Shown: positions 17,723 through 27,694 of the stretch, piece after piece | Layout: every line of letters starts with the position of its first letter | Numbering within the stretch: the first letter of the stretch is position 1 | Assembly: GCA_045644145.1 (NCBI GenBank) | Contig: JAZRGK010000025.1 | Location: forward strand, 11,853-75,852 | Direction of reading: 5' to 3' | DNA length: 64,000 nucleotides | From: Candidatus Flemingiibacterium sp. | Lineage (GTDB): Bacteria > Bacillota > Clostridia > Oscillospirales > CAG-272 | Made by a program: the position numbers and the translations under genes | The notes under the pieces: model-generated | Seen by the model: the letters and a program-made list of their open reading frames with translations, nothing else | What the model was told of the DNA's origin: nothing | Database searches by the model: none

Positions 17723-18631
17723 TCACGATTCAAAAAGCGCGTCAACAAACTCTTTTGCGGAAAACTCCTGCATATCGTCCATTTTTTCGCCTACACCGAT
17801 AAATTTCACGGGTATATCAAGCTCTTTTTTAATTGAGAACACGATACCGCCCTTTGCCGTACCGTCAAGCTTTGTGAGAACAAGTCCGGTTATGTTCGCC
17901 GCATTCTTAAATTCCTTCGCCTGATTTACAGCATTCTGACCGGTGGTTGCATCAAGCACAAGAAGCGTTTCGCGGGATGCACCCGGAAGCTCGCGTTCAA
18001 TAACGCGGTTTATCTTAGCAAGCTCATCCATAAGATTCTTCTTGTTGTGAAGTCTTCCGGCAGTATCAACTATGAGGACGTCCGCCTCGCGCTTCTTTGC
18101 TGCGGAAACCGCATCAAACACTACCGCCGCCGGGTCTGAACCCTCAGTATGCTTTATAAGCTCCACTCCTACACGATCAGCCCATACCTGAAGCTGGTCT
18201 ATAGCCGCCGCACGGAAGGTATCAGCCGCCGCAAGCACGACACGCTTGTTCTGGCTTTTGAGCCTGTTTGCTATTTTTGCAATAGAGGTGGTTTTTCCAA
18301 CACCGTTTACGCCGATAACAAGTATCACGCTGGGAGTGCTTTCAAGCTTCAACCCCTCGCCGTCACCTATCATTTCCGTAAGGATAGACTGTAAAGCAAC
18401 ACGGCAATCCTCAGGCTCGGTAATACGCTCATCCTTTATCTTCTCGCGCAGAGCTTCAATTATCGCCTCAGAGGAATTAACGCCAACATCAGCCATAATA
18501 AGAAGCTCCTCAAGCTCCTCAAGCATGTCCTCGTCAACCCTTACAAAGCTTTTGAAAAGGTTGTCAACCTGCTTGAAGATAGCATTTTTGGTTTTTGAAA
18601 GTCCTTCTTTAAGTCGGTCAAAAAATCCCAT
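17723..18631 (-). CDS. ftsY: signal recognition particle receptor FtsY
   Basis: 302 aa with GVNGVGKTT, DTAGR and TKLD GTPase motifs. The start abuts the smc stop (TAAATG). Confidence 0.96.
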   Translation of the reverse strand: MGFFDRLKEGLSKTKNAIFKQVDNLFKSFVRVDEDMLEELEELLIMADVGVNSSEAIIEALREKIKDERITEPEDCRVALQSILTEMIGDGEGLKLESTPSVILVIGVNGVGKTTSIAKIANRLKSQNKRVVLAAADTFRAAAIDQLQVWADRVGVELIKHTEGSDPAAVVFDAVSAAKKREADVLIVDTAGRLHNKKNLMDELAKINRVIERELPGASRETLLVLDATTGQNAVNQAKEFKNAANITGLVLTKLDGTAKGGIVFSIKKELDIPVKFIGVGEKMDDMQEFSAKEFVDALFES

Positions 18632-21600
18632 TTATTTTGTTTCTCCCAAATTCTCCTCTGCCTCGTTAATATCAAGGGGCAGAACTGTTGAAATACCTCG
18701 CTCCTGCATGGTAACGCCGTAAATACGGTCGGCGATCTCCATAGTACCGCGACGGTGCGTAATAACGATAAACTGTGTCCTCTTAGCATAACGGCTGAGG
18801 TAGTCCGCAAAGCGGAATACGTTTGCATCGTCAAGCGCCGCCTCAACCTCGTCAAAGATACAGAACGGGGTTGGATTCACTCTGAGTATTGCAAATATCA
18901 GCGCGATAGCTACAAACGCCTGCTCGCCGCCCGAAAGAAGCGTCATACTCTTTATAACCTTACCGGGCGGTGCTACGCGGATCTCAATGCCGCTGGTGAG
19001 CACGTTCTCGGGGTCGGTAAGCGACAGCTCGGCAGTACCGCCGCCGAACAGCTCGCTGAAAACGGTCTTGAAGTTGCGGTCGATCTCGTAAAACGCTGAT
19101 GTAAAGGTTTCCCTCATTTCCGTTTCAAGCTTTACGATGATTTCAAGCAGATTATCCTTGGATTTCTCAAGATCGGCTATCTGCTCCGTCATAAAGTCGT
19201 AACGGCTCTTTACTTCCGCATATTCTTCAATTGCGTTTACATTTACACTGCCAAGGCTCTTAAGCTTATTTTTGTATTCCGTAAGCTCAGTGTGAACTTC
19301 CTTGTAATTATCCTCGGTAACTTTGGGATATCCGCATTCCTTCGCTGTGGAATAAGTAAGCTCGTACTCGTCCCAAAGACGTTCCGTCAGCTTATCACGC
19401 TCATCGGAAAGGTTCTTCACGCGGTTCTCCGCAAGAGTATGATCGCGGAAGCAAAGCTCACGCTTGCTTGTTTTCTCTCGTATCTGAGCACGAAGCTGAT
19501 TCAGCTTCTGGTCGTACTCAAGATTCTTTGCAAAGGTGGTTCCACGCTCATTTTCAAGCTGTTCAATGGAAGCCGACAGCGCGGAAAGCTCCTCGCGCAT
19601 TGCCACCAAATTCTCGGAAGCCGCCGCGTTTTCCTCTGTAAGTGCATCACAAATACGGTCGTTTTCCTCAGATTCATTTTCGTTTTCGTTAAGCCTTGCG
19701 TTTGTCTGTTCCACTTCCAGCGTGGCAAGTTCAACATCCTTGCCTGCCTCTGCGCGGCGCACAAGCAGCTCATTTCTAAGGCGTTCGCAGTCGTCGATTA
19801 TCTCCTCAAGCTCACCGAGCTTCGAGATTCCGCTTTCGCGCTCCGCCGTAAGCTTCTCGGAGCTTCCGGCAATGCTTTCTATCTCCGCCTTTATTGCGGC
19901 GATACCCTCAGCACGTCTTGTTGCATCCGTCTTTACCGCTTCAAGATCGCGTTCAAGGGACGCACGCATATTGCGCTCTCCGCCGATCTGACTGCGGATG
20001 ACCTCAAGCTGTGTATTTTCCGCCCCCATAAGGGATTCCAGCATGGCGATCTGCGAAGATATACCAGAAGCTTCCTTGCTTTTGGCATTTATGGCATTGT
20101 CACACTTTACCTGCTCCCGCTTAAGCTCCTCTAATTTCGCATTAAGCGCTTCCGAATCACGTTTCAGCGTTTCGGTTTCGGTACGGCGGGTAAGCATACC
20201 CGAATCACGCTTCGCCGAACCGCCCGTAAATGAACCGCCGGCGTTTATGATCTGTCCGTCAAGAGTCACCACGCGCACCTTATAGCCCGTAGCCTTTGCC
20301 ATTGCCGCACCGTTATCGATATTATCGAATATAAGCGTAGCGCCAAGAAGATTTCTTATGACACCGCCGAATTTCTCATCGAACTCTATAACCTTGTCCG
20401 CAGTGCCGAGATATCCCTCGTACTTTGCGCACTCCGCCTCGGGAATTTGACTGTAACGGGGCTTCATGGAGCTTATGGGATAGAAAGTTGCTCTTCCGGC
20501 ATTCTTATTCTTCAAATGACGGATAGCCGCCTTAGCGGTATTCTCGTCGTCGACTATTATATTCTGTATGTTTGCACCAAGCGCGGTTTCAATAGCCAAC
20601 GTATATCTAGCGCCCACATTGATAAGCCTTGATACAGGCCCGTATATTCTTCCGCTTGCCGAGTCCATATCGGACACACGCTTAGTTCCCTCAATATGTC
20701 CGGCATCGTATTCGCTCATTACAAAGCGCACGCTCTGGGCATATCCCTCAAACAACTCCTCCATACGGCGGATAGCATCAATGCGGTGCTTTTTTGCTGT
20801 ATATTCAAGGTAAACCTCGTTTGCCTTATCAATAAGCTCCTGCTTTTCGCCTTTAAGCTTTTCTGCTTCGCTGCTGAGCACAGCCATCTTAGAATTAAAT
20901 TCATCACACTTAGCCCGATAATCGGCTATTACCTTATCGGCTTTTTGGGCACGGGCTTCCAGCATGTTAAGGCTTTCCGTATATTTTTCGATCTCTGCTT
21001 TAAGAGATTCCGCTTTGTCGCTGTCAGTTTTCTCGTTGGTGTCAAGTACCGAAAGGCGTATACGGAGATCTACTAACTTTTCCTCGCCGCCCTTAAGCCG
21101 GACAAGCTCCGCTTCAAGCTTTTCGCGAAGCATATCGCGTTTTTCTTTAGCATTCTCACTTTTAGCCGCGGTTTCTTCAAGCTGTGCGGTAAGCTCATCT
21201 GCTTTGAGGACAGCCTGCTTCAGTGCATCCCCTTTTTCCGCAAGAAGCGCTTGAAGCTGTGCCATACGCTCCGCAAATTTCTGTTTCGCATCCGTTTTTT
21301 CCGAAATCTGCACCTCTCTGTGCGCAATATCGTTTTCCGTAAGTCTTATTTTGCTGTCAAGCTCATGTGATGCGTTTCTTGTTTCGCCTATTCGGGATTG
21401 TAACTGTTCCTGTTTGTATTTCGACTCTTGGGAAGCCTCATACACACGCTCGTTCTGATTTTCCAGCGTTTCAAGAGCTTCGCTGACTATATCAAGTTCG
21501 TTTTTCGCAAGCTTCAAGCGGTCTTCCGCCTCTTTAAGGTCAGCGGAAAGCTTATCCGTATCGTAGATCCAGATAGAAACGTCGTCGCGTTTCTTTATCT

Positions 21601-22258
21601 CAAAATATTCGAGATATTTTTTAGCCTTTTCTGACTCTCTTTCAAGGGGGCCAACGCGTCCCTCAAGCTCGGACATAATATCGCGAAGTCTTGTAAGATT
21701 ATCATCAACTCCCGACAGCTTATTCTCCGCTTCTTCTTTCTTATAGCGGTATTTGGATATACCTGCCGCTTCCTCGAAAATAGAACGGCGATCCTCGCTC
21801 TTTCGTGAAATTATCTCCGCAATACGTCCCTGACCGATAATGGAATATCCCTCTCTGCCAACGCCCGTATTCATGAAAAGCTCATGAATATCACGAAGTC
21901 TTACGGGTTTTCTGTTAATAAAATATTCGCTCTCGCCCTTTCGGTAGTAGCGGCGTGTTACGGAAACTTCATCGTAAGGGGTGTCCATCTGACGGTCGGA
22001 GTTATCGAAAGTAACCGACACCTCGGCGAAATTCATCTGCTTTCGGTCATCAGTACCGCCGAAGATAACGTCCTCCATTTTTGTACCGCGTATCTGTCTT
22101 GATGACACCTCACCAAGCACCCAACGCATAGCATCGGAAATATTGGATTTTCCGCTCCCGTTAGGTCCTACTACCACCGTTGCACCGCGGTCGAAATTAA
22201 GCACAGTGCGGTCGGGAAAGGACTTGAAACCGAACAGCTCAAGTGATTTTAAATACAT
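18632..22258 (-). CDS. smc: chromosome segregation protein SMC
   Basis: 1208 aa with Walker A GPNGSGKSN, long coiled coils, a hinge, signature LLSGGEQA and Walker B FCIFDEVEAALD. Confidence 0.97.
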   Translation of the reverse strand: MYLKSLELFGFKSFPDRTVLNFDRGATVVVGPNGSGKSNISDAMRWVLGEVSSRQIRGTKMEDVIFGGTDDRKQMNFAEVSVTFDNSDRQMDTPYDEVSVTRRYYRKGESEYFINRKPVRLRDIHELFMNTGVGREGYSIIGQGRIAEIISRKSEDRRSIFEEAAGISKYRYKKEEAENKLSGVDDNLTRLRDIMSELEGRVGPLERESEKAKKYLEYFEIKKRDDVSIWIYDTDKLSADLKEAEDRLKLAKNELDIVSEALETLENQNERVYEASQESKYKQEQLQSRIGETRNASHELDSKIRLTENDIAHREVQISEKTDAKQKFAERMAQLQALLAEKGDALKQAVLKADELTAQLEETAAKSENAKEKRDMLREKLEAELVRLKGGEEKLVDLRIRLSVLDTNEKTDSDKAESLKAEIEKYTESLNMLEARAQKADKVIADYRAKCDEFNSKMAVLSSEAEKLKGEKQELIDKANEVYLEYTAKKHRIDAIRRMEELFEGYAQSVRFVMSEYDAGHIEGTKRVSDMDSASGRIYGPVSRLINVGARYTLAIETALGANIQNIIVDDENTAKAAIRHLKNKNAGRATFYPISSMKPRYSQIPEAECAKYEGYLGTADKVIEFDEKFGGVIRNLLGATLIFDNIDNGAAMAKATGYKVRVVTLDGQIINAGGSFTGGSAKRDSGMLTRRTETETLKRDSEALNAKLEELKREQVKCDNAINAKSKEASGISSQIAMLESLMGAENTQLEVIRSQIGGERNMRASLERDLEAVKTDATRRAEGIAAIKAEIESIAGSSEKLTAERESGISKLGELEEIIDDCERLRNELLVRRAEAGKDVELATLEVEQTNARLNENENESEENDRICDALTEENAAASENLVAMREELSALSASIEQLENERGTTFAKNLEYDQKLNQLRAQIREKTSKRELCFRDHTLAENRVKNLSDERDKLTERLWDEYELTYSTAKECGYPKVTEDNYKEVHTELTEYKNKLKSLGSVNVNAIEEYAEVKSRYDFMTEQIADLEKSKDNLLEIIVKLETEMRETFTSAFYEIDRNFKTVFSELFGGGTAELSLTDPENVLTSGIEIRVAPPGKVIKSMTLLSGGEQAFVAIALIFAILRVNPTPFCIFDEVEAALDDANVFRFADYLSRYAKRTQFIVITHRRGTMEIADRIYGVTMQERGISTVLPLDINEAEENLGETK

Positions 22259-22311
22259 ATTTGGTTATCTCCTTTCCCTCGTTATATTTCCGCGAAGCCT
22301 ACGCTTCGCCT

Positions 22312-23334
22312 TTAACATTCTATCGTTATATTGTACCGACTAAGTGATGGGTTTTCGATTGTTTTCACGCTCTTCACAGCGTATTCCCTTTGAAGCCTCA
22401 GTTTATTCATGTGCTTCTGCCCAGACACCTTTGAAACCTCGCCAATAGGTACATGAATCCGTATATCGCGCCCGGAAAGCTTGTCGGTCAGCCCGTTTGC
22501 CTCTATGAAAGCGCGTATTTTTCTGTAATAAAGCTCCGAGTACACCATCTCGCCTACAGCGCTGTGATATTCGCCTGCCGCTATAGTCCCCGGCTCGAAA
22601 AGGTTGTCCGCCGCACAGAGTCCAAGCCGTATAACGGGAATCTCGCTTTCAGCAAACACCGTGAGCACATCCGCGGAACGCTGTACCGCTTCAGAAAGCG
22701 TCAGCGGCATATATTCGCCTCTATTCATCATTTCGCAAAGCTCGGTTTCGGTAAATACCACCGTGGGATATATCCGTGCCGCATCACAGCCAAGGGAAAC
22801 GATTTTTCTCGCCGTTTCGACCTCACTCTGTTCCGTGGACATAGGAAGGCCTATCATCATCTGTCCCACAAGATTAAATCCGTGCTCCTTTATCATTCGG
22901 CAAGCGGCTTCCGCGCACTCTGCTGTATGTCCGCGCTTTGATGCGGCAAGCACATCCTGCGCCATGCTTTGAAGCCCCAATTCTATAGCCGTAACGCCGT
23001 GTGACTTCAAAATATCAAGTATCTCGTGATCAATATAATCCGGACGTGTGGACAGCCGCACCGCGCTTGCCTTGCCTTCGCGGATATAGTGCTTCGCAAG
23101 ACCGAGAAGATACAGCATATCACCTCTGTCGATGCCGGTGAAGCTTCCGCCGAAAAATGCTATCTCTACCTCGGAGTCAGAATAATCCACAGTTTCAAAC
23201 GCACGCTCAAGCTCATCCTTTACGGAAGCTATATCAAAATCCATCTTCCCCGATATGCGCCGCTGATTGCAGAAAACGCAGTTGTTTGGGCATCCAAGAT
23301 GTGGGATGAATACGGGAATGTTTATATGTCTCAT
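22312..23334 (-). CDS. radical SAM protein, ELP3-like core without acetyltransferase domain
   Basis: 340 aa with a CPNNCVFC (Cx3Cx2C) cluster motif at residues 15-22. Its start overlaps the rnc stop (ATGA). Confidence 0.8.
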   Translation of the reverse strand: MRHINIPVFIPHLGCPNNCVFCNQRRISGKMDFDIASVKDELERAFETVDYSDSEVEIAFFGGSFTGIDRGDMLYLLGLAKHYIREGKASAVRLSTRPDYIDHEILDILKSHGVTAIELGLQSMAQDVLAASKRGHTAECAEAACRMIKEHGFNLVGQMMIGLPMSTEQSEVETARKIVSLGCDAARIYPTVVFTETELCEMMNRGEYMPLTLSEAVQRSADVLTVFAESEIPVIRLGLCAADNLFEPGTIAAGEYHSAVGEMVYSELYYRKIRAFIEANGLTDKLSGRDIRIHVPIGEVSKVSGQKHMNKLRLQREYAVKSVKTIENPSLSRYNITIEC

Positions 23335-24047
23335 TTATCTCCGAACAGAACAAGCGCCTCTTTTGCCGCCAATTGTTCCGCCTCACGCTTACTTTTGGCC
23401 TTCCCGTGTCCGATGACGTTGCTGTTAAGACGCGCCTCAACGGTAAACTCCTTTGCATGGTCGGGACCGCTTTCGCCCGTAAGCACATATTCGAGTATTT
23501 CGCCGCGTTCTTGCTGAACGATCTGTTGGAGAAGTGTTTTATAGTCCTTGTTCTTGCCGTTTTCCACGAACTGCTTGATTTCGGGAATGACACTCGGCAT
23601 GAGAAATGCTTCCACCGCATCACGGGAGCCGGAATCAAGATAAAGGGAAGCAAGAAGCGCTTCAAAAGCATCGGCAAGTATAGAAATACGCTCTCTGCCG
23701 TGTCCCATTTCCTCTCCGTGACCGAGACGCATATAATTCCCAAGTCCAAGGTCACGCGCCAGCTTTCCGAGAGTTTTCTCACAGACCGCACTTGCACGGA
23801 TTCGCGTAAGATCACCCTCAGGCGTATCGGGGTAATTTCGGAACAAATAGTCGCTGACTATTATTGACAGCACCGAATCCCCGAGGAATTCAAGGCGCTC
23901 ATTATACTCCGCATTCTCTCCCCTGGGCTTACATTCGTTTGCATAAGACGAATGTGTAAGGGCTGTCAAAAGAAGCTGCTTGTTTTTATATTTATAACCG
24001 ATTTTTTCTTCGAGTTCTTCCATAGGAAGCGGAAGCTTATTCATCAC
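23331..24047 (-). CDS. rnc: ribonuclease III
   Basis: 238 aa with the RNase III signature ERLEFLGDSVL and a C-terminal dsRBD. Confidence 0.96.
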   Translation of the reverse strand: MMNKLPLPMEELEEKIGYKYKNKQLLLTALTHSSYANECKPRGENAEYNERLEFLGDSVLSIIVSDYLFRNYPDTPEGDLTRIRASAVCEKTLGKLARDLGLGNYMRLGHGEEMGHGRERISILADAFEALLASLYLDSGSRDAVEAFLMPSVIPEIKQFVENGKNKDYKTLLQQIVQQERGEILEYVLTGESGPDHAKEFTVEARLNSNVIGHGKAKSKREAEQLAAKEALVLFGDK

Positions 24048-24066
24048 AGCTCTCCTAAAATTTTAA

Positions 24067-25404
24067 TTATTTCTGTTCACCCTCGGCGTATGCCTTAATA
24101 TACTCTACTGCTCTTGCGCCCATAGCCTCAGCACGGGCACGTTTTCCGCCTTTGACCTTATGATCAAGAGCGCGCACAAGCCCGAAATTGGCGTTCATGG
24201 GCTGAAAATTCACAACGCCTTCATCGCTGACATATGCGGCAAGCGAGCCTATCACGCTTTCGCTTTCGAAAATCATAGGCTCAAGCCCCAAGGCAAAACG
24301 CGCCGCATTTAGACCGGAAACAAGTCCCGAGGATGCGCTTTCCACATACCCCTCAACACCGGTCATCTGACCTGCAAAAAACAGACCCGGACGGCTTCGC
24401 ATCATGTATGCGGGTGTAAGCAGCTTAGGTGAATTCATAAACGTATTGCGGTGCATCACCCCGTAGCGTAAAAACTCCGCATTTTCAAGTCCCGGTATCA
24501 TTCCGAACACTCGCTTCTGCTCGGGGAATTTAAGATGTGTCTGGAATCCGACGATGTTGTACATGCTCTTAGCGGAATTCTCCTGTCGGAGCTGTACTAT
24601 GGCATATGCTTCCTCACCCGTCTGGGGTACGGTTATGCCCACCGGCTTCATCGGCCCGAAAAGGAGTGTATCATGTCCTCGCTTCGCCATTACCTCAACG
24701 GGCATACAGCCCTCAAACACCTTAAGTTGTCCTGCCTTGTCAAAATCCTTCAGCTCTGCTTCCTCGGCATTGATAAGCGCCTCATAGAATCGGTCATATT
24801 CCTCTCTTGTAAAGGGGCAATTGATGTAGGATGCCTCACCTTTTCCGTAACGCGAGGCGTAGAACGCCTTCGACATATCAATCGAATCGAAGCTGACGAT
24901 CGGTGCCGCAGCATCAAAGAAGCTGAGATAATCCTCGCCGATAAGCGCACCTATAGATTTTGAAAGCGCCTCCGAGGTAAGCGGACCGCTTGCTATAACG
25001 GTGATTCCATTGGGGATTTCCGTAACTTCACCCGAGATAATCTCAACAAGGGGATGCTCTTTAAGCTTTTTGGTTATATAGTCGGAAAATAATTCTCTGT
25101 CAACGGCAAGTGCGCTGCCGGCAGGCACTTCGGATGCATAAGCCGCCTCAATTATCAGCGAACCGAGAATCCTCATCTCCTCTTTCAGCACGCCTACGGC
25201 GTTTGAAAGCATATTGGAACGCAGAGAATTGGAGCACACAAGCTCCGCAAATCCCGGCGAGTGGTGTGCAGGGGAATATTTTTCCGGCTTCATCTCGTAA
25301 AGCCTTACGGGGATGCCGGATTTCACGATCTGCCACGCCGCCTCGCATCCCGCAAGCCCTGCGCCTACCACATTGATCGGCGGAATGTTATTCTGCACTT
25401 CCAT
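24067..25404 (-). CDS. trmFO: methylenetetrahydrofolate--tRNA-(uracil-5-)-methyltransferase TrmFO
   Basis: The ATG at 25404 follows a GAGGAAAACA SD; the track extension to 25542 lies inside topA. It has the FAD motif [16 protein letters not shown]. Confidence 0.93.
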   Translation of the reverse strand: MEVQNNIPPINVVGAGLAGCEAAWQIVKSGIPVRLYEMKPEKYSPAHHSPGFAELVCSNSLRSNMLSNAVGVLKEEMRILGSLIIEAAYASEVPAGSALAVDRELFSDYITKKLKEHPLVEIISGEVTEIPNGITVIASGPLTSEALSKSIGALIGEDYLSFFDAAAPIVSFDSIDMSKAFYASRYGKGEASYINCPFTREEYDRFYEALINAEEAELKDFDKAGQLKVFEGCMPVEVMAKRGHDTLLFGPMKPVGITVPQTGEEAYAIVQLRQENSAKSMYNIVGFQTHLKFPEQKRVFGMIPGLENAEFLRYGVMHRNTFMNSPKLLTPAYMMRSRPGLFFAGQMTGVEGYVESASSGLVSGLNAARFALGLEPMIFESESVIGSLAAYVSDEGVVNFQPMNANFGLVRALDHKVKGGKRARAEAMGARAVEYIKAYAEGEQK

Positions 25405-27664
25405 TGTTTTCCTCAATTTCTCTCTTGTATCCGCAGCCGTTGCTCTTGCAGATGAGATAGGGCTTACCCTTCTTACGGTAAAGCATTTCACCGCATTCCG
25501 GACATTTTTCATCGGTCGGCATATCCCACGATGAAAAATCACACTCAGGATAGCGTTCGCAGCTATAGAATACCGAACGGTTCTTGCCCTTTTTAACCAC
25601 GATCTTTGCCCCGCACTTCGGGCAGTTTACACCAAGCTCCTTTGTTATTTGCCTTGTAGTCTTGCACTCGGGATAACGTGAGCATGCATAGAAGCTTCCG
25701 AACCTTCCGGCACGCAGTACCATTGGGCTTCCGCACTTGTCACATACCATATCAGTCGCTTCAGTCTTCTCTTCCTCGGTAGCGGCATTCTTTGTAAGCG
25801 GTTTGGTATTCTTGCACTCCGGATAGTTGGGACAAGCGGCAAACTTTCCGTATCTTCCGTTTTTCACTATCATTTTCGCGCCGCATTTATCGCAGATAAT
25901 ATCGGTTTCTTCCACCGGCGGCGCATATGCCGCCTTATCCACCGTGCTTTCGGCAATTTCAAGACTGCGGGCAAAATCATCGTAAAAACCGTGAAGTACA
26001 CCGCTGACAGTGTCAACACCGTTAGCAATTTCGTCAAGCTCGGTTTCCATGTTTGCAGTAAACTCGTAATCAACGATGTTCGGGAAGCTGTCAACCATAA
26101 GCTTGGTTGTAAGTTCACCAAGCTCGGTGGGCTTAAGGGATTTACCCTCACGCACCACATATCCGCGCGTAATTATGGTGGTAATGATTGTAGCAAACGT
26201 ACTGGGACGGCCTATGCCACGCTCTTCAAGGAATTTTACGAGGGAAGCCTCGTTGTACCTTGGCGGAGCTTCTGTGAAGTGTTTGGAAGGATGTGTAACA
26301 TCGTGGCGAAGCACATCACCATCATCTATTTTGGGAAGTCGTATACTCTTCTCGGGAGTATCGGTATCTGCGGCACTCTGTGCCACATAATCCTCTGCCT
26401 CCTCGTAAAGCGTCATATATCCCTGGAATTTCACAGTATATCCGCTTGAACGGAATATATATCCGCCTGCCTCAATATCAGCGGTTACCGTATCAAGCTC
26501 CGCAGATGCCATCTGGCTCGCCATAAAGCGATCCCAGATCAGCTTATAAAGACGGTACTGATCCGTTGTAAGCATCTTTTTGATCTTATCCGGCTCAAAA
26601 GAAAGATTTGACGGGCGTATCGCCTCGTGAGCATCTTGGGCACCGGCTTTTGTCTTATAAACACGGCGCTCCTTGGGGTAAAACTCCGCGCCGTACTTGT
26701 CAACTATATACTCTCTTGCAGCTTCTGCTGCTTCATCCGCAATACGCAGTGAGTCTGTACGCATATATGTGATAAGACCCTGCGTGCCCCCGGAGCTACC
26801 CAAGTTGATACCCTCATAAAGCTCCTGCGCCACACGCATTATACGCTGTGACTGGAAGCCAAGTCTTCTTGAGGCTTCCTGCTGAAGTGTAGATGTTGTA
26901 AAGGGCGGCGCGGGATTTTTTACACGAATCGCCTTTTTTACAGATTTAACAGAAAATTCCTTGCCCTCTACAGCCTCAACAACTTTCATAGTTTCAGTTT
27001 CGGAATGAAGGGCGATCTTACCGTTTACATCACCGTGGAATTTCGCCTTGATCTTGCCGCGGTTCTTGTTTTCCAGCATCACATCAACGGTCCAATATTC
27101 CTCAGGGACAAAAGCGCGTATTTCATCCTCACGCTCAACTATTATACGGGTAGCAACTGATTGCACGCGTCCTGCAGACAGACCGCTTTTGATGGTTTTC
27201 CAAAGGAACGGACTTAACTTATAACCCACAATACGGTCAAGTATACGGCGTGCCTGCTGTGAATTAACAAGTCCCATATCTATCTTACGGGGATTCTTCA
27301 TACCGGCTTTTACCGCTTTTTTTGTGATCTCATTAAATGTGACGCGCTTTATTTTTTCCTCGGGAATGGAAAGAGCCTCGGAAAGATGCCACGCTATCGC
27401 CTCGCCCTCGCGGTCAGGGTCCGTTGCAAGGAATATTTTATCTGCATTCTTTGCTTCTTTTTTTAACGACTTTATAAGGTCGCCTTTTCCGCGAATATTT
27501 ATATACTTAGCCGCAAAATCATTGTCAACATCAATTCCCAGTGTGCTTTTGGGGAGATCCCTGACGTGACCCGTGCATCCTACGACCTTATAGCCTGAAC
27601 CAAGGTAGCCTTTCACGGTACCTGCCTTTGTAGGTGACTCCATTATTACAAGATTATTTGCCAT
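25388..27664 (-). CDS. topA: DNA topoisomerase I
   Basis: 758 aa with an N-terminal Toprim domain ([10 protein letters not shown]), the active-site region [11 protein letters not shown] and four C-terminal C4 zinc ribbons (CDKCG...CPNYPEC and so on). Confidence 0.97.
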   Translation of the reverse strand: MANNLVIMESPTKAGTVKGYLGSGYKVVGCTGHVRDLPKSTLGIDVDNDFAAKYINIRGKGDLIKSLKKEAKNADKIFLATDPDREGEAIAWHLSEALSIPEEKIKRVTFNEITKKAVKAGMKNPRKIDMGLVNSQQARRILDRIVGYKLSPFLWKTIKSGLSAGRVQSVATRIIVEREDEIRAFVPEEYWTVDVMLENKNRGKIKAKFHGDVNGKIALHSETETMKVVEAVEGKEFSVKSVKKAIRVKNPAPPFTTSTLQQEASRRLGFQSQRIMRVAQELYEGINLGSSGGTQGLITYMRTDSLRIADEAAEAAREYIVDKYGAEFYPKERRVYKTKAGAQDAHEAIRPSNLSFEPDKIKKMLTTDQYRLYKLIWDRFMASQMASAELDTVTADIEAGGYIFRSSGYTVKFQGYMTLYEEAEDYVAQSAADTDTPEKSIRLPKIDDGDVLRHDVTHPSKHFTEAPPRYNEASLVKFLEERGIGRPSTFATIITTIITRGYVVREGKSLKPTELGELTTKLMVDSFPNIVDYEFTANMETELDEIANGVDTVSGVLHGFYDDFARSLEIAESTVDKAAYAPPVEETDIICDKCGAKMIVKNGRYGKFAACPNYPECKNTKPLTKNAATEEEKTEATDMVCDKCGSPMVLRAGRFGSFYACSRYPECKTTRQITKELGVNCPKCGAKIVVKKGKNRSVFYSCERYPECDFSSWDMPTDEKCPECGEMLYRKKGKPYLICKSNGCGYKREIEENNGSAE

Positions 27665-27694
27665 ATTGGAATATTTCTCCTTTTAGGATATATG

